Both the position numbers and the translations under genes were made by a program. 64,000 nt of DNA from an uncultured bacterium (GTDB lineage Bacteria; Desulfobacterota_D; UBA1144; Nemesobacterales; UBA2774): contig CAWGRW010000009.1 in assembly GCA_963825135.1 (NCBI GenBank), positions 1,792,001 through 1,856,000 of the forward strand, in the 5' to 3' direction. This document shows positions 31,148-41,612 of the stretch, piece by piece. The notes under the pieces are model-generated. The model did no database searches. It saw nothing but the letters and a program-made list of their open reading frames with translations, and was not told the origin of the DNA. The number at the start of each line of letters is the position of its first letter. Within the stretch, counting starts at the first letter, position 1.

Positions 31148-32059
31148 TTAACTAAGCCATCCCGAAAGGTCGCGGCTTATTAAATTCTCCAGCTTTAAGA
31201 TGTCGTCCCTATAAATTTCGATTAGATGCTTTCTAGTCTCATGTTTCATGCTGAGCGCGTTCTTGTGCATAAAGTAGTTGACGAGGGCTTCGGTGTATCT
31301 TTTTCCGATGGTGTTTAGCAGCATGGGGCGGAGCGCTTTTTTGACCGGATGATCGTATTTAACGAGAAAATCCTCAAACGACTTATTATGCACCGATGGG
31401 CCGACATTATACTTGACAGCCGTATTGGGAGTAAAATCCTCATCTACACCAAGGAATTTATAGATGCCCTTCGTAACATTTAACGGGTTTTCAGCAAAAT
31501 CATCATAAAGGCAGATTTTCACATTTCCCCTTCCGAATGAATCGATATAATGCCTAACCTGTTCATAATAAAATCCCACGTCTCTGTAATACCATATGAA
31601 TTCGTAGTTCTTTTTCCTCCTCGAGTCTTCGGATTTAAGGGCTTTCTCGAACGAGAGATTTTCTCTTTTGTCCATTATCATATGACGATACGCCGAATAT
31701 GCCCTGTCGACTGGGTTCCTGAGCATTATTAATATCTTTGCCTGTGGGCAGAACGTTTTGATCTGCGGGATAACAGAATTATGGAAATACAGATAATCCG
31801 CGGAAGATTCGCCGATAACTTTCTCGCTACTCGCATCTTTAAACAGGTTCAGGTACTCCTCTCTGGACTTGATTATTCTGTCGTCGACTCTTTTGTCTCC
31901 CGGGCCGTTATGGGGGAATTTATTTGCGGGTATCGATAGATATTTCGGTTCTTTCTGGAAACTCATATAGATTTCCGGATGTTGAAAAAGATAGACATGC
32001 GCTGTGGTAGTTCCCGATTTGGCAGCTCCCACCAAGAAAAAATTCGGCAGTTTCAACAC
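31148..32059 (-). CDS. PAPS-dependent sulfotransferase
   Basis: PNFFLVGAAKSGTT, HPEI, KEP, GESS..YL, LRNPVDRAYS; GTG start. Confidence 0.9.
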   Translation of the reverse strand: MLKLPNFFLVGAAKSGTTTAHVYLFQHPEIYMSFQKEPKYLSIPANKFPHNGPGDKRVDDRIIKSREEYLNLFKDASSEKVIGESSADYLYFHNSVIPQIKTFCPQAKILIMLRNPVDRAYSAYRHMIMDKRENLSFEKALKSEDSRRKKNYEFIWYYRDVGFYYEQVRHYIDSFGRGNVKICLYDDFAENPLNVTKGIYKFLGVDEDFTPNTAVKYNVGPSVHNKSFEDFLVKYDHPVKKALRPMLLNTIGKRYTEALVNYFMHKNALSMKHETRKHLIEIYRDDILKLENLISRDLSGWLS

Positions 32060-32108
32060 CGTAACCCCGGTTATCCTTATCTCCGTGGATCGTTTGATCG
32101 ATTATTGC

Positions 32109-32945
32109 TCAGGAACGGCGCAGATAGGGGATTGCAGTCCTTTCACCCACAAACCACCCTTTGAACTCGTTCTCGAACGTCAATTCAGGGCCTTCGTCGG
32201 ATTTTTTTCTCACGACCGTCATTCCCGGGCATCTCGAATTCGCCAGGTGGCTTTTCCTCGGAGTGTCAAGTGTAAGGACCTCAAAGCGCGGATTGTCGTA
32301 TAGCTGCTTTACCGCTGCCCCAACTCCGTCGAAAAACAGGCTGTCGTGCATTAGAATATGACCGCCCTCATTCAGTAATTTCTCGAAGTTAATCAATTCC
32401 CACATGGCTGTGTCGTAACTGTGATCGGAATCCAGCACCAGCAGGTCTAATTTCTTATCTTTCAGCAGATCAAGAGATTCTTGAGATATTTTAGGGATCC
32501 AGCTGATAAGATGTGCGATTTCTGTGTTTTCCCATAGATGGTAAGTCTGCATGGGATCTATGCAGTATATGTGACCGTTGTTATTGAGGAGTTTTAGCGC
32601 GCTTGCCATGTTGCATGTCGAGTACCCCTTGTAAACGCCGGTTTCCAATATAGTTTTGGGTTGAGTCAGAAGCACAAAGGCATAAAAAAATCTACCCACT
32701 TCCAGCTCGACGCTCGCATAATCGTATTGATCAGCGGAATCCGGCGTATGCCACCCGCCCGTATTCCAATCGTACAGAGTTTCGTAACCCAGAACTGGTG
32801 TTGGCTCCCATCCGTAGTCCGAGGCTTTGAATTCCTTGTGGAGAGTCGATGAAATCAGGCTTATTGCGGCCAATTTCCTTTCATCGTCTGGGAACCTCAT
32901 TAGAAAGCTTAAGCATTTCTTTGCTATCCTGTCTATGAGCGTCAT
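32109..32945 (-). CDS. Class I SAM-dependent methyltransferase (Methyltransf_24-like)
   Basis: LETGVYKGYST, CIDP, LDSDHSY, GGHILMHD. Confidence 0.82.
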   Translation of the reverse strand: MTLIDRIAKKCLSFLMRFPDDERKLAAISLISSTLHKEFKASDYGWEPTPVLGYETLYDWNTGGWHTPDSADQYDYASVELEVGRFFYAFVLLTQPKTILETGVYKGYSTCNMASALKLLNNNGHIYCIDPMQTYHLWENTEIAHLISWIPKISQESLDLLKDKKLDLLVLDSDHSYDTAMWELINFEKLLNEGGHILMHDSLFFDGVGAAVKQLYDNPRFEVLTLDTPRKSHLANSRCPGMTVVRKKSDEGPELTFENEFKGWFVGERTAIPYLRRS

Positions 32946-33362
32946 ATCGGTCTCTACTCCTTATTGCGTAATTCTCTCTCGCCTCATATCGATATGATAC
33001 ATATTGTCGGGTATACGATCGGCATGAGTTGATATGCGAGCAATTACCATTTGGAAAAGAGCTTAAAGCTAGCCGCAAAGCATATTAATTCCAGCTTCTT
33101 TCGGTGAGTTATCTCTAGTCCGGCCGTAAAGATAACATTTTTTAAGCTCGTAAGAAAACGGCGGCGCCGGGAGACTCGGGCTGATGAAAAGATTGTAATC
33201 GGAATTCAGCCTATTTATTAGAAATCTCTTTGATAAGATTATTGATTATCAGGGGACTTCTATTTCTAATGAAAGACTGTCAGGAGATATTTCAAAGGCT
33301 CGCCGTTACAGTTATCAAGATATATCTTGCGGTCCGTAACGCAGGGTAAATCCGGGTAGGCA

Positions 33363-34151
33363 TCAGTTTAGCAGCCTGAAAGACCCTATCCCGTCGATGT
33401 GTACTCCAAAAGATTTGAATATTGCCCTATCGATGTTTCCGTAAATATTTACTTCCGCCTCGTCATGATACTTGACCTTTATTTCCTTGACCGCTCGGTT
33501 CACCCCCATCCAGCTCAGGGCATCATGGAAGGCTATGGTGCCCCTGTTGTTTAGTATCCCGATCGCTGTCTCGAAGTTATTCATCACCGATTCGTATGCA
33601 TGGTTGCCGTCGATGAAGATGAAATCAAATTTCCTGTTCCAGGCCTCGTCAATAATAACCCTTCTGTTTATCAGCTCATCCACCGCTTTGCGCTCTATCT
33701 TCGGCTCGTAATGCTCGTAGTCGTGGTACACACTGTCGTCATAAGTACCGAAAAACCCGGTAACAATTTCAAGCCGTTCCGGATAGAACTGCGAATTCAG
33801 TCTTTCAACAACGGAACGCGGCTCGTCGAAGACCCTATGGCGCAAATTTGGGTCTATTGCGGTTATTTTAGGGGTCCAGCCTTTTGTAATTTCCAGAAGC
33901 CAGCGTGTGGAGAATCCCAAAAAGCTGCCGACTTCGAGTATCGTAGCCGGTTTGTATTTGTGGAGTATCTGTTTCATCACATATGCGTCCGTGAATTTTA
34001 TGCTCCCCTCCCTCGCATCGCTCCATCTGAGTTCGAAGGGGTACTTGCTATCGGTATGGGAGACTAAATCGTAGAGGTGTTGCTTTAATTCGTTGAACAA
34101 TCGGTAATGCCTGTACACGTCTAAGGGGTTGAAAGAAGTAACAAGATCCAA
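33363..34151 (-). CDS. Class I SAM-dependent methyltransferase (Methyltransf_24-like)
   Basis: LEVGSFLGFST, AIDP, FDFIFIDGNHAY, IAFHD; TTG start. Confidence 0.82.
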   Translation of the reverse strand: MDLVTSFNPLDVYRHYRLFNELKQHLYDLVSHTDSKYPFELRWSDAREGSIKFTDAYVMKQILHKYKPATILEVGSFLGFSTRWLLEITKGWTPKITAIDPNLRHRVFDEPRSVVERLNSQFYPERLEIVTGFFGTYDDSVYHDYEHYEPKIERKAVDELINRRVIIDEAWNRKFDFIFIDGNHAYESVMNNFETAIGILNNRGTIAFHDALSWMGVNRAVKEIKVKYHDEAEVNIYGNIDRAIFKSFGVHIDGIGSFRLLN

Positions 34152-34217
34152 TGATATAAAACCTCGGAAAGGACTCTACAAAAAAAACCGCCGGGTTACA
34201 CTTGTATTATTATACCA

Positions 34218-35636
34218 TTATGTCCTTTGGTATTTTAGGCTCGATGCCCACAATATAGGCAATAAAAGTATGCTCATCATCTCACCTAATATCGTGGACA
34301 GAATAAGCTTCCAGACATTGTGGAAATTGCTGTCAATTTCGTTAAAGTTTCTTGTGTTGAGCTGAAAACTATAGCTCTTCACAGCCGCGTATGAAAACGG
34401 GGAGCTGTTCTTAAAACTTACGGCTATATCAAATTTCTTGAAAAGCATTTTTATGAATATCGGAATCAAGTAAATCAGGCTATACGGCTTTGTTGTTTTG
34501 ATTGTTATTAGATTCTGGAAACCCTTATCGAAAAAGTCGGTTCTGTCGTCCGTAATCAGGAGTGTAAAATTGGCGTTGGGGTATGCGCTTGATAAAAAAT
34601 TGTACGCATTATAAATTTCATCCTTATCTCCGTCGTTTAAAATCAAAACATTCTTCACGCTTTTTGGAAAATCGGTCGACTTGTTTAGCGCCTCGTTGGT
34701 TGTATTGTTGTTAATTTTTTTTCCCCATCTACCGACCACGAAATCCAGGATGCCCTCGAAGCCTAGCTTCATCGTGTCTTCTCTGCCGTTCAGTCCCAAA
34801 AATACGAGTGAAGTGCATTTGTGCCTAAGGTATCTGTAAAATATCGATATCCTGTTGCTCAAGCCTATGTGTTTTGTATAAGTTAACAGGGAATTCCTGT
34901 TTCCATAATAATAATCGGCCATTATCCCTCTCTTCTCGGTAAAAGCGGGATGATACACTATCGAGCTCAGAACTGAAACTACTTTGAACCCGTTCTCCTT
35001 AAATCGCAGTCCCCAGTCCATGTCGTCCCAGAAAAAGAAATACCTTTCGTCCATCAGGCCCACGTCTTCCAACGCGCTCGCCCGGGCCAGAGCCGAGCAA
35101 ATTGCGACGTAATCAACCTCCATGATCCTGGCTTCGATATTTAGATTCCTGATGTTCCTGTATAACGGCTGGACGCCGATAGAGTCCCGTTTGAGAAAAG
35201 CCCCTGCTTCGACCGTGATGTCTCTTCTGTCGGAGTCGATGATCCTTGAACCCGCGATTCCGATCGTCTCGTCCTGTTCGAGCGCATCCACTAGTTCTCT
35301 AAGCGTGTTTGATTTGACTTCCGCATCGTTATCCAGGAGCCAGATATATTTGTAATGCCGATTTCTCAGTGCGTGCCTCATGCCGGAATTAAAGCCGCCC
35401 GTGCCGCCGAGGTTATCTGTGTTTATTACGAGTTCGATATCTGGGAACTGCTTTCTTATGGTTTCTGCCGAGTCGTCGGTGGAGGCGTTATCGACGACGA
35501 CTATATCATGATTGTGGTAGTCCAGGCTTTCGAGCGACCTCAACAGCTTCAGGGTGTCTTCCCTCTTGTTCCAATTGAGGATGATTACTGCAACTTTGGG
35601 ATTGGTGCCCGCATGCTCGCGTTCCAATTCGTTCAT
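34218..35636 (-). CDS. Glycosyltransferase family 2 with an extra C-terminal domain
   Basis: VIILNWN, VVDNASTD, NLGGTGGFN, LLDND, DERYFFFWDDMD; paralog of 40145-41554. Confidence 0.88.
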   Translation of the reverse strand: MNELEREHAGTNPKVAVIILNWNKREDTLKLLRSLESLDYHNHDIVVVDNASTDDSAETIRKQFPDIELVINTDNLGGTGGFNSGMRHALRNRHYKYIWLLDNDAEVKSNTLRELVDALEQDETIGIAGSRIIDSDRRDITVEAGAFLKRDSIGVQPLYRNIRNLNIEARIMEVDYVAICSALARASALEDVGLMDERYFFFWDDMDWGLRFKENGFKVVSVLSSIVYHPAFTEKRGIMADYYYGNRNSLLTYTKHIGLSNRISIFYRYLRHKCTSLVFLGLNGREDTMKLGFEGILDFVVGRWGKKINNNTTNEALNKSTDFPKSVKNVLILNDGDKDEIYNAYNFLSSAYPNANFTLLITDDRTDFFDKGFQNLITIKTTKPYSLIYLIPIFIKMLFKKFDIAVSFKNSSPFSYAAVKSYSFQLNTRNFNEIDSNFHNVWKLILSTILGEMMSILLLPILWASSLKYQRT

Positions 35637-35832
35637 CTTGAACTCCTGTATGGATGTTATAATTATACACCCGTTATTAAAAAAATATCCGCGCCTGTTA
35701 TATTAAATAAGCGTGAGATTATGGGGAGTTAGCCGCATGAATGATTTCGTTCGCTTATTTTAGTATTCGGGAGCTTGGTCGTATCGAACCGTGCTTACAA
35801 CCTTTAGTATGATTGTTCTTTAAGTTGTTGGT

Positions 35833-36882
35833 TTAATTCTCAAATTCAGCTATGTCTATTATTTTCTTCATCCTGTCAATTAGTGTGTGGTCTTTTTTAA
35901 CTCGGTTACAACCTGCTTGGGCAATCTGTTCTCTTTTCTCGGGATTCTCAAGATAATATTCGACCTTTCTTCTTAAGTCGTCTTTATCTTTGAATGTAAC
36001 GACTTCTTTTTCGACTTCGAAGTATTTACCAATATCCCGCTTCTCATCGACGATCTGAAACGCGCTACAGGCGGGTATCTCGAAAAGCCTGTAATTCCCC
36101 CCGCTAACTTCGAAATCCCTGTGTAGGTTGAGGACAATTTTCGAAGATTTGAAAACCTTTATTAAGCTTTCACCATAGGCTATTCCCCGGTGAAAATCTT
36201 TTAAGTTTGTATCATATTCTCCCATATTCCAGCTCCAGATTCCCAGGTTAAAATCGGAGAGCGCTTGTAAGTACTCTTCTCTGTACTCATCGAATAGACC
36301 CACGAAAGCTATGTCCGCGCTGTTTTCCTCGATGAAGCGCTGATCCGGGACAATGCTTTCGTAGTAGTCCGTATCGCATCCGAGCGGGACTATGCGGAGG
36401 TTATGGATCCCCAGTTCCTGGTTATAGAACTCAATGTAAGAAGGATCATAAATCAGGGTAAAGTCCGAGGCGCGTAAGAGCTTATGTATCCCCGGGGATA
36501 CCTGAGAGGGATGAATCCCTAACCATACTAAAACACGCGTGCCCCTTTGTCTGATTTTCTTGATTATTAACGGGAGATAGTATGTATCAAGCGGGTGTAT
36601 AAATAATAAATCGGGTTTGTAATCCCTGACCTCCTGATATAGTTGATTGATCAACAGTAAATCGTGTGGTATGTCTGCAAGCCACTTTCGCCGTCTTCTG
36701 AATTCAAGAAATATATTTTCTACAAACCTCCACATTATAGGGTTATAGATGCTTTCTGTCGTTTGTACCAGTCGAACTTCGTGGCCGAGGGTTTTTGCGG
36801 CTTTGGCTAAACCGGAAACGTACTGGCTTATAAAAAATGAGTATTTATGGAATGTAACTGGCGCTGCAAAGAGAATTTTCAT
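35833..36882 (-). CDS. CgeB-like glycosyltransferase (GT-B, Glyco_trans_1_2)
   Basis: DIAFVG..R, SKIVLN, NYRLFEIPAC, E..KVEYYL..REQIA..G..HT...RM. Confidence 0.82.
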   Translation of the reverse strand: MKILFAAPVTFHKYSFFISQYVSGLAKAAKTLGHEVRLVQTTESIYNPIMWRFVENIFLEFRRRRKWLADIPHDLLLINQLYQEVRDYKPDLLFIHPLDTYYLPLIIKKIRQRGTRVLVWLGIHPSQVSPGIHKLLRASDFTLIYDPSYIEFYNQELGIHNLRIVPLGCDTDYYESIVPDQRFIEENSADIAFVGLFDEYREEYLQALSDFNLGIWSWNMGEYDTNLKDFHRGIAYGESLIKVFKSSKIVLNLHRDFEVSGGNYRLFEIPACSAFQIVDEKRDIGKYFEVEKEVVTFKDKDDLRRKVEYYLENPEKREQIAQAGCNRVKKDHTLIDRMKKIIDIAEFEN

Positions 36883-37214
36883 TTTATATCGATCTTCTTA
36901 AGCCTTTTTCCGTTTATGATGGAAAATACGGAATAAAAAGTATGATATAAAAGAAAAATCAGGAGAGAAATATATAGGAAGATGAATTTAAGTTTTTCAG
37001 TGATGCAGTCGACAATACGTTTGATGTTCATGTTGATAATTAGTTATCTGTTTGAGTTGTTAGATATTCTTACTGCATTTATATTTACTATTATTTATAA
37101 AGATTTTCAAGTTAATTGCTTGAAATGGTTTGACTCGGGGCGGCACGAGGCCGAATCATTTTTGCATACATTTTTGGGATGTACACACAATGGGTTATTG
37201 AATTACGCTATATC

Positions 37215-38153
37215 TCAAAAATAAACTGTAATATTGTTTGCTTCCCTTATGCTTGTGCGTTTCATCCTTTTCATATGTCGATCCTTTGATATTACTGCTG
37301 TTAATAGAGTGATATAGTTGTCGTTATCTTTCGGATTTGCTGCAATTGATTGTAGGTAATACTTTAGGCTCGTGAGCATATCATTATTCAGATAATACAG
37401 GAAACCCAATCGTTGAAGCAAATAACTCGCCGTCTTGGGATTCTTGCATATTAACTTCCTGTACTTCTTGAATAATAATTCCCTAACTTTAATCGTGCTA
37501 TTGATATTGGTAGAGGTTTGCTCCCCATGAGTATAAACTTTTGCGAGTGGTTCGTCGACGTAATCAAATTTAAATTTATCCGAAATTCGAATCCACATAT
37601 CCCAGTCATCGTAACTGGGCAGAGAATCGTCGAAGAGTCCGCAGGTATCGAAACACTCCTTTCTTATCAGGGCAGTCGGGCTTCCAATGCAATTGTGCAT
37701 TAATAAGGTTTCAAAAAGATCTCCTTTTAATTTGGGCTGAACCTGACCATGGATCGTATCCGGCTCATATACTATCAAATACCCACAATAAACGACGCCA
37801 ACTTCTTTAGGCAATTCTCGGACTTTATTAATTTGCAGTTCCAGTTTATTTGGCAGATATTCGTCATCGGAATCGAGTAATGAAATGTATAATCCTTTGG
37901 CAGCATCTATTCCTATGTTTCTTGCTCCTGCCGGGCCTCTGTTGGATTCTAGTTTGATATATTTGATTCTATTATCATCGATGCTCTTAACAACTTGTTC
38001 GGTATTATCTTTTGAGCAGTCATCCACTATAATCATTTCAAAGTTTGTAAATGTTTGGTTGAGCACGCTGGATATCGCTCTTTTCAAAAACGAGGCTCTG
38101 TTATAAGTAGGCGTAATAATAGTGATGTCCGGTCTCGTGTTTTTGTTGATCAT
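37215..38153 (-). CDS. Glycosyltransferase family 2
   Basis: IITPTYNR, VDDCSKD, GPAGARN, LLDSDD, DDWDMW. Confidence 0.9.
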   Translation of the reverse strand: MINKNTRPDITIITPTYNRASFLKRAISSVLNQTFTNFEMIIVDDCSKDNTEQVVKSIDDNRIKYIKLESNRGPAGARNIGIDAAKGLYISLLDSDDEYLPNKLELQINKVRELPKEVGVVYCGYLIVYEPDTIHGQVQPKLKGDLFETLLMHNCIGSPTALIRKECFDTCGLFDDSLPSYDDWDMWIRISDKFKFDYVDEPLAKVYTHGEQTSTNINSTIKVRELLFKKYRKLICKNPKTASYLLQRLGFLYYLNNDMLTSLKYYLQSIAANPKDNDNYITLLTAVISKDRHMKRMKRTSIREANNITVYF

Positions 38154-38160
38154 TTCAATA

Positions 38161-39096
38161 TCAATTGTTTGGTTTTAGTCGTTTATTGTAACATCGAAAA
38201 GTCTGGAAATGAGTATGCAACCTTAATACCAATCTGCATAACGCTCTGATTGATACAATCTTCGTTTTCGTTAAACAGTCAAGGTCTCTGTAGCTTCTAG
38301 AAATGTTATGACTATATGATTGGTAGAATTCAATTAGATCGAGATGGTCTTTGCTGATGTACTTCCAATGATTTCTATGTCTGATTTCTTTATTTAGGAA
38401 ATGGAGTAATGATTTTGAATAATCATGATAAATAATCGCCTTTGGATAATATATAATTGAATTTGGATTCATGGTTTTGGCTATAATTCTCTTTGATATT
38501 TCTAATCCCTCGTGACCTCCTGCACCCTCTAATGCGGTACTGAATCCACCGACCTCGAGTAAAATATTTTTATTAAACGAGGAATTGCCCTCGAGGTTGA
38601 CAAGGTAAGGAATGGTATCATTCCCCAAATCATAATGTAATGCAAAATGATTAAAAATCGATTTTGTTCTTGGGAGGCATTTACCTCGTAAAGCTGAGAT
38701 GTTATTAATTTGGTGTGCATTGATGTGTTCATCAATAAAATTCTCCCCTGGTATTGCATCATCATCCAGGAAAATCAGAATTTTACCTTTTGAATAACTG
38801 ATACCAACGTTTCTTCCAACAGTTAAACCGCAGTTGTGTTTAAGTTTGATATAATTTATATATGTACCAGAAATGAGTTGCTGTAAATGATAGGATTCTC
38901 CGCCATTGTCGATTATGAGTATTTCGTAAGAACTTAAGGTTTTATCTACCAAAGATTCGATGGTTTGTTTGAATAATGTGATGTTTGGATTATAAGTGAC
39001 AATAATTACCGATGCTGTGGGAATCTTTGTTTTGTTATGAATTATTGTTTTTTCGATTAAATTGCCAATAGCATGTTTATCTAATAAATCTTTCAT
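38161..39096 (-). CDS. Glycosyltransferase family 2 (AT-rich gene)
   Basis: SVIIVTYN, IIDNG, GRNVG, FLDDD, VGGF..GHEG. Confidence 0.85.
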   Translation of the reverse strand: MKDLLDKHAIGNLIEKTIIHNKTKIPTASVIIVTYNPNITLFKQTIESLVDKTLSSYEILIIDNGGESYHLQQLISGTYINYIKLKHNCGLTVGRNVGISYSKGKILIFLDDDAIPGENFIDEHINAHQINNISALRGKCLPRTKSIFNHFALHYDLGNDTIPYLVNLEGNSSFNKNILLEVGGFSTALEGAGGHEGLEISKRIIAKTMNPNSIIYYPKAIIYHDYSKSLLHFLNKEIRHRNHWKYISKDHLDLIEFYQSYSHNISRSYRDLDCLTKTKIVSIRALCRLVLRLHTHFQTFRCYNKRLKPNN

Positions 39097-39339
39097 CTTC
39101 TTTTAACTGAATCCTCAACATTATTTACAGATATGGCTTGGATACGATCATTTGTGAATAATTTCAAGAAATCTGTCTAAAACATATAAAACGTTCACGA
39201 TCTATGTTGTTCCATCGCCTTCCAGGTTTGCGAAACATCCGAAATTAGAATTCGTTGCGGATGCGCGTAAGAACATTTAGATCGTTGACTTGAGGGGTGG
39301 TATGTCATCGGCGGTTTTAGTTTATTGAAAGTTAAAATT

Positions 39340-40117
39340 TTAGCTCTGTTTTCTCCCAATCAATAATTTGATATTGTTTCCCTTCAGCCATTTCTGTTTG
39401 GTAAGTATATAATCAAAAATGAATAATAAAGGTGAGCTGAGATTATTGATTGTATAGGGTAAGACGCGGAGTCTCCTGTTCATAAGGAAATAGATCGGTA
39501 TTATCTCTAAAATTTGTATTCCATTATCGTCCAGAGTCTTATATCTGTTGAGTCCCCTCAGTTTTGTGTTGGAAGCGGGAAAGATGTCTTTATCGCCAAA
39601 ATAATCTGAAATAAGCAGGTATCCGCCTACTTTCAAACAAACGGCCAGATTATAAAGCGCTCTTTCGAATTTTACATCATCGACGATATGAAATACTACG
39701 TTCAGCATATTGATTATATCGAATTGGTTCTCTAAATATGTCTTGTTTGCGGCAAGGTCCGCGGATATATCCATGGTAATGAATTTTCCGTCAGGCATTG
39801 ACCGCCGGAGGGACTCAATCGAAGTCGTAGTGATGTCGATACCCGTGACTTGAGCTGAGTTGTTGAGATAAAATTTGGAAAAAAATCCTGTGCCGCAGCC
39901 TACATCGAGGACCCTTTTCCCATTTAAGCGATATGTCGTGTCTTCTCAGAGCATCTTTTAAAACAAGCAGCTGCAGTTTGTACAAGTATTCGTTGTACAT
40001 ATGGTTGAACGTAGGGTGTCCCACGGCAACGATATCGAATCCTGATTTGAACCTGTTTTCCCAATACTTCCGGGGATCGTACGGGTTCAGATATTCCGGA
40101 TTATTTTTATCGCTCAT
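39340..40117 (-). pseudogene. Class I SAM-dependent methyltransferase split by a one-base insertion
   Basis: The upstream ORF (MSDKNN..YWENRF..RRHDISL) continues in the +1 frame as GKRVLDVGCGTGFFS..GIDIT..MPDGKF..FDII..VVFHIVDD..LKVGG. The junction is near 39915-39943. Confidence 0.82.
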
Positions 40118-40144
40118 AACTAATCCTTTATACGGCTGCATCCA

Positions 40145-41554
40145 TTATTGGTGGGCCAGGCTCTTCAGATAAACAAAGGGCATTAGGATTAAGGCGAGCA
40201 GTTCGCCCCCGAAGAACGAGACGAATAATTTCCAGGAAGCGTATATGTCCTCATTGCTCTTAACGAAGTAATTTCTTTTGTGGTCGTAAAGATAGTATTT
40301 TTTTACCGCATATGAGAATGGAAGCAGGGAGCGGCTCGGACTGATGCAGATATCGTAGTTGGATTCGAGTATCTCTTTTAAGACAGAAAGCGTTTGGATC
40401 GTCGATTGTCTGTACCCCTCGAATACGATAAAACGGTCGATTTCGAGGTCTTTAAAAAGCTCATATCTGTCGGCCTGAATCAGGAGTGTAATATGGCAAT
40501 TCTGACTCACTTCCGTCAGCCTCTCCGCCATACTCTTTATTACTGAATAGCTTGCGTTAGGCAAAATGATCACTTTGGATTCCTTGCCGATTCTAAGGCC
40601 CTCAAAAGGAATGATCAACGATACGGGATCGGGAGTTTCGTCCGTCTTTACCGACAGGCTCGATTTATAGAATTTGCCGCGTATAAAATCCAGCGGTCCA
40701 TAAATAAGCAGTTTCGAGGTTGTATGCAGACCGCTTAATAATGTGTATACGACACCTTTCCCCGTGCCGCGCAGCATATTGAGTATGTATAGAAATCTTT
40801 TTGCTCCGCTCTGGTGCTTTGTGATCGTCAGGAGCCCGTTTCTGATATCGTAATATGAAATGAGCGGGTTGACGGGTTTGTCTTCCAGCCCGTGATAAGC
40901 TTTGGACCTTGGGGATGCCATCACCTTATAACCCGCCTGCTTTGCCCTAAGCGCGAGGTCGATGTCGTCCCAGTGTATGAAGTACCTCTCGTCCATTACG
41001 CCGATTTTGTAAAGCGCCTCGTTTCTGACAAGGGACGAACAAGCAGCCACGTAATCCACTTCTGTAGGTCCGACGTCCTTCATTGCGCTTAGTCTGTTAT
41101 TCCTGTAATTAGGTTTCCACGTCCCTATTGACCACGACACAAATGCGCCGAGCTCGACTATCATGTCCATATCGGGTTCCATTATAACGGACCCCGTTAT
41201 ACCCACTTTATCGTCCTGCTCCATTACCTTTACGAGCTCAATAAGTGTTTCACTCTCGACTACGGCGTCATTATCCAGGAGCCATGTGTATTTATAACCG
41301 CCTTTCTGAAGCACGTATCTGAGCCCCGTGTTGAACCCTCCTGTGCCGCCGAGATTCTCGGAATTCTCTATCAGGTTCACATTGGGGAACTGTTCCCTGA
41401 TTGCCTGGGACGTGTCGTCGGTAGAAGCGTTGTCGACCACTATGATTTCGTGGTTATCGTAATCGATATTGCTGAGCGACGTCAGAAGCTCCATGACGTA
41501 GCTTTTTTTGTTCCATGTCACTATAACTATTGCAACTTTCGGATTTTCACTCAT
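40145..41554 (-). CDS. Glycosyltransferase family 2 with an extra C-terminal domain
   Basis: VIVTWN, VVDNASTD, NLGGTGGFN, LLDND, DERYFIHWDDID; paralog of 34218-35636. Confidence 0.88.
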   Translation of the reverse strand: MSENPKVAIVIVTWNKKSYVMELLTSLSNIDYDNHEIIVVDNASTDDTSQAIREQFPNVNLIENSENLGGTGGFNTGLRYVLQKGGYKYTWLLDNDAVVESETLIELVKVMEQDDKVGITGSVIMEPDMDMIVELGAFVSWSIGTWKPNYRNNRLSAMKDVGPTEVDYVAACSSLVRNEALYKIGVMDERYFIHWDDIDLALRAKQAGYKVMASPRSKAYHGLEDKPVNPLISYYDIRNGLLTITKHQSGAKRFLYILNMLRGTGKGVVYTLLSGLHTTSKLLIYGPLDFIRGKFYKSSLSVKTDETPDPVSLIIPFEGLRIGKESKVIILPNASYSVIKSMAERLTEVSQNCHITLLIQADRYELFKDLEIDRFIVFEGYRQSTIQTLSVLKEILESNYDICISPSRSLLPFSYAVKKYYLYDHKRNYFVKSNEDIYASWKLFVSFFGGELLALILMPFVYLKSLAHQ

Positions 41555-41612
41555 TAGATTTCAATTTGTACGTTGCCGACTCCGATTTCTATTATAGCCT
41601 AAAATCTGATGT

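Noticed and set aside
37124..37164. GC-rich hairpin containing GGCGGCAC inside AT-rich DNA, considered as an ops/JUMPstart element or IS end
   Set aside because: It does not match GGCGGTAG, lies on the non-coding strand and has no partner repeat or transposase; at most a terminator-like hairpin.
36982..37224. Small hydrophobic ORFs in AT-rich gaps (also 5186-5374, 9547-9792, 32881-33078)
   Set aside because: Composition reflects AT richness, they overlap or oppose real genes, and they have no recognisable motifs.
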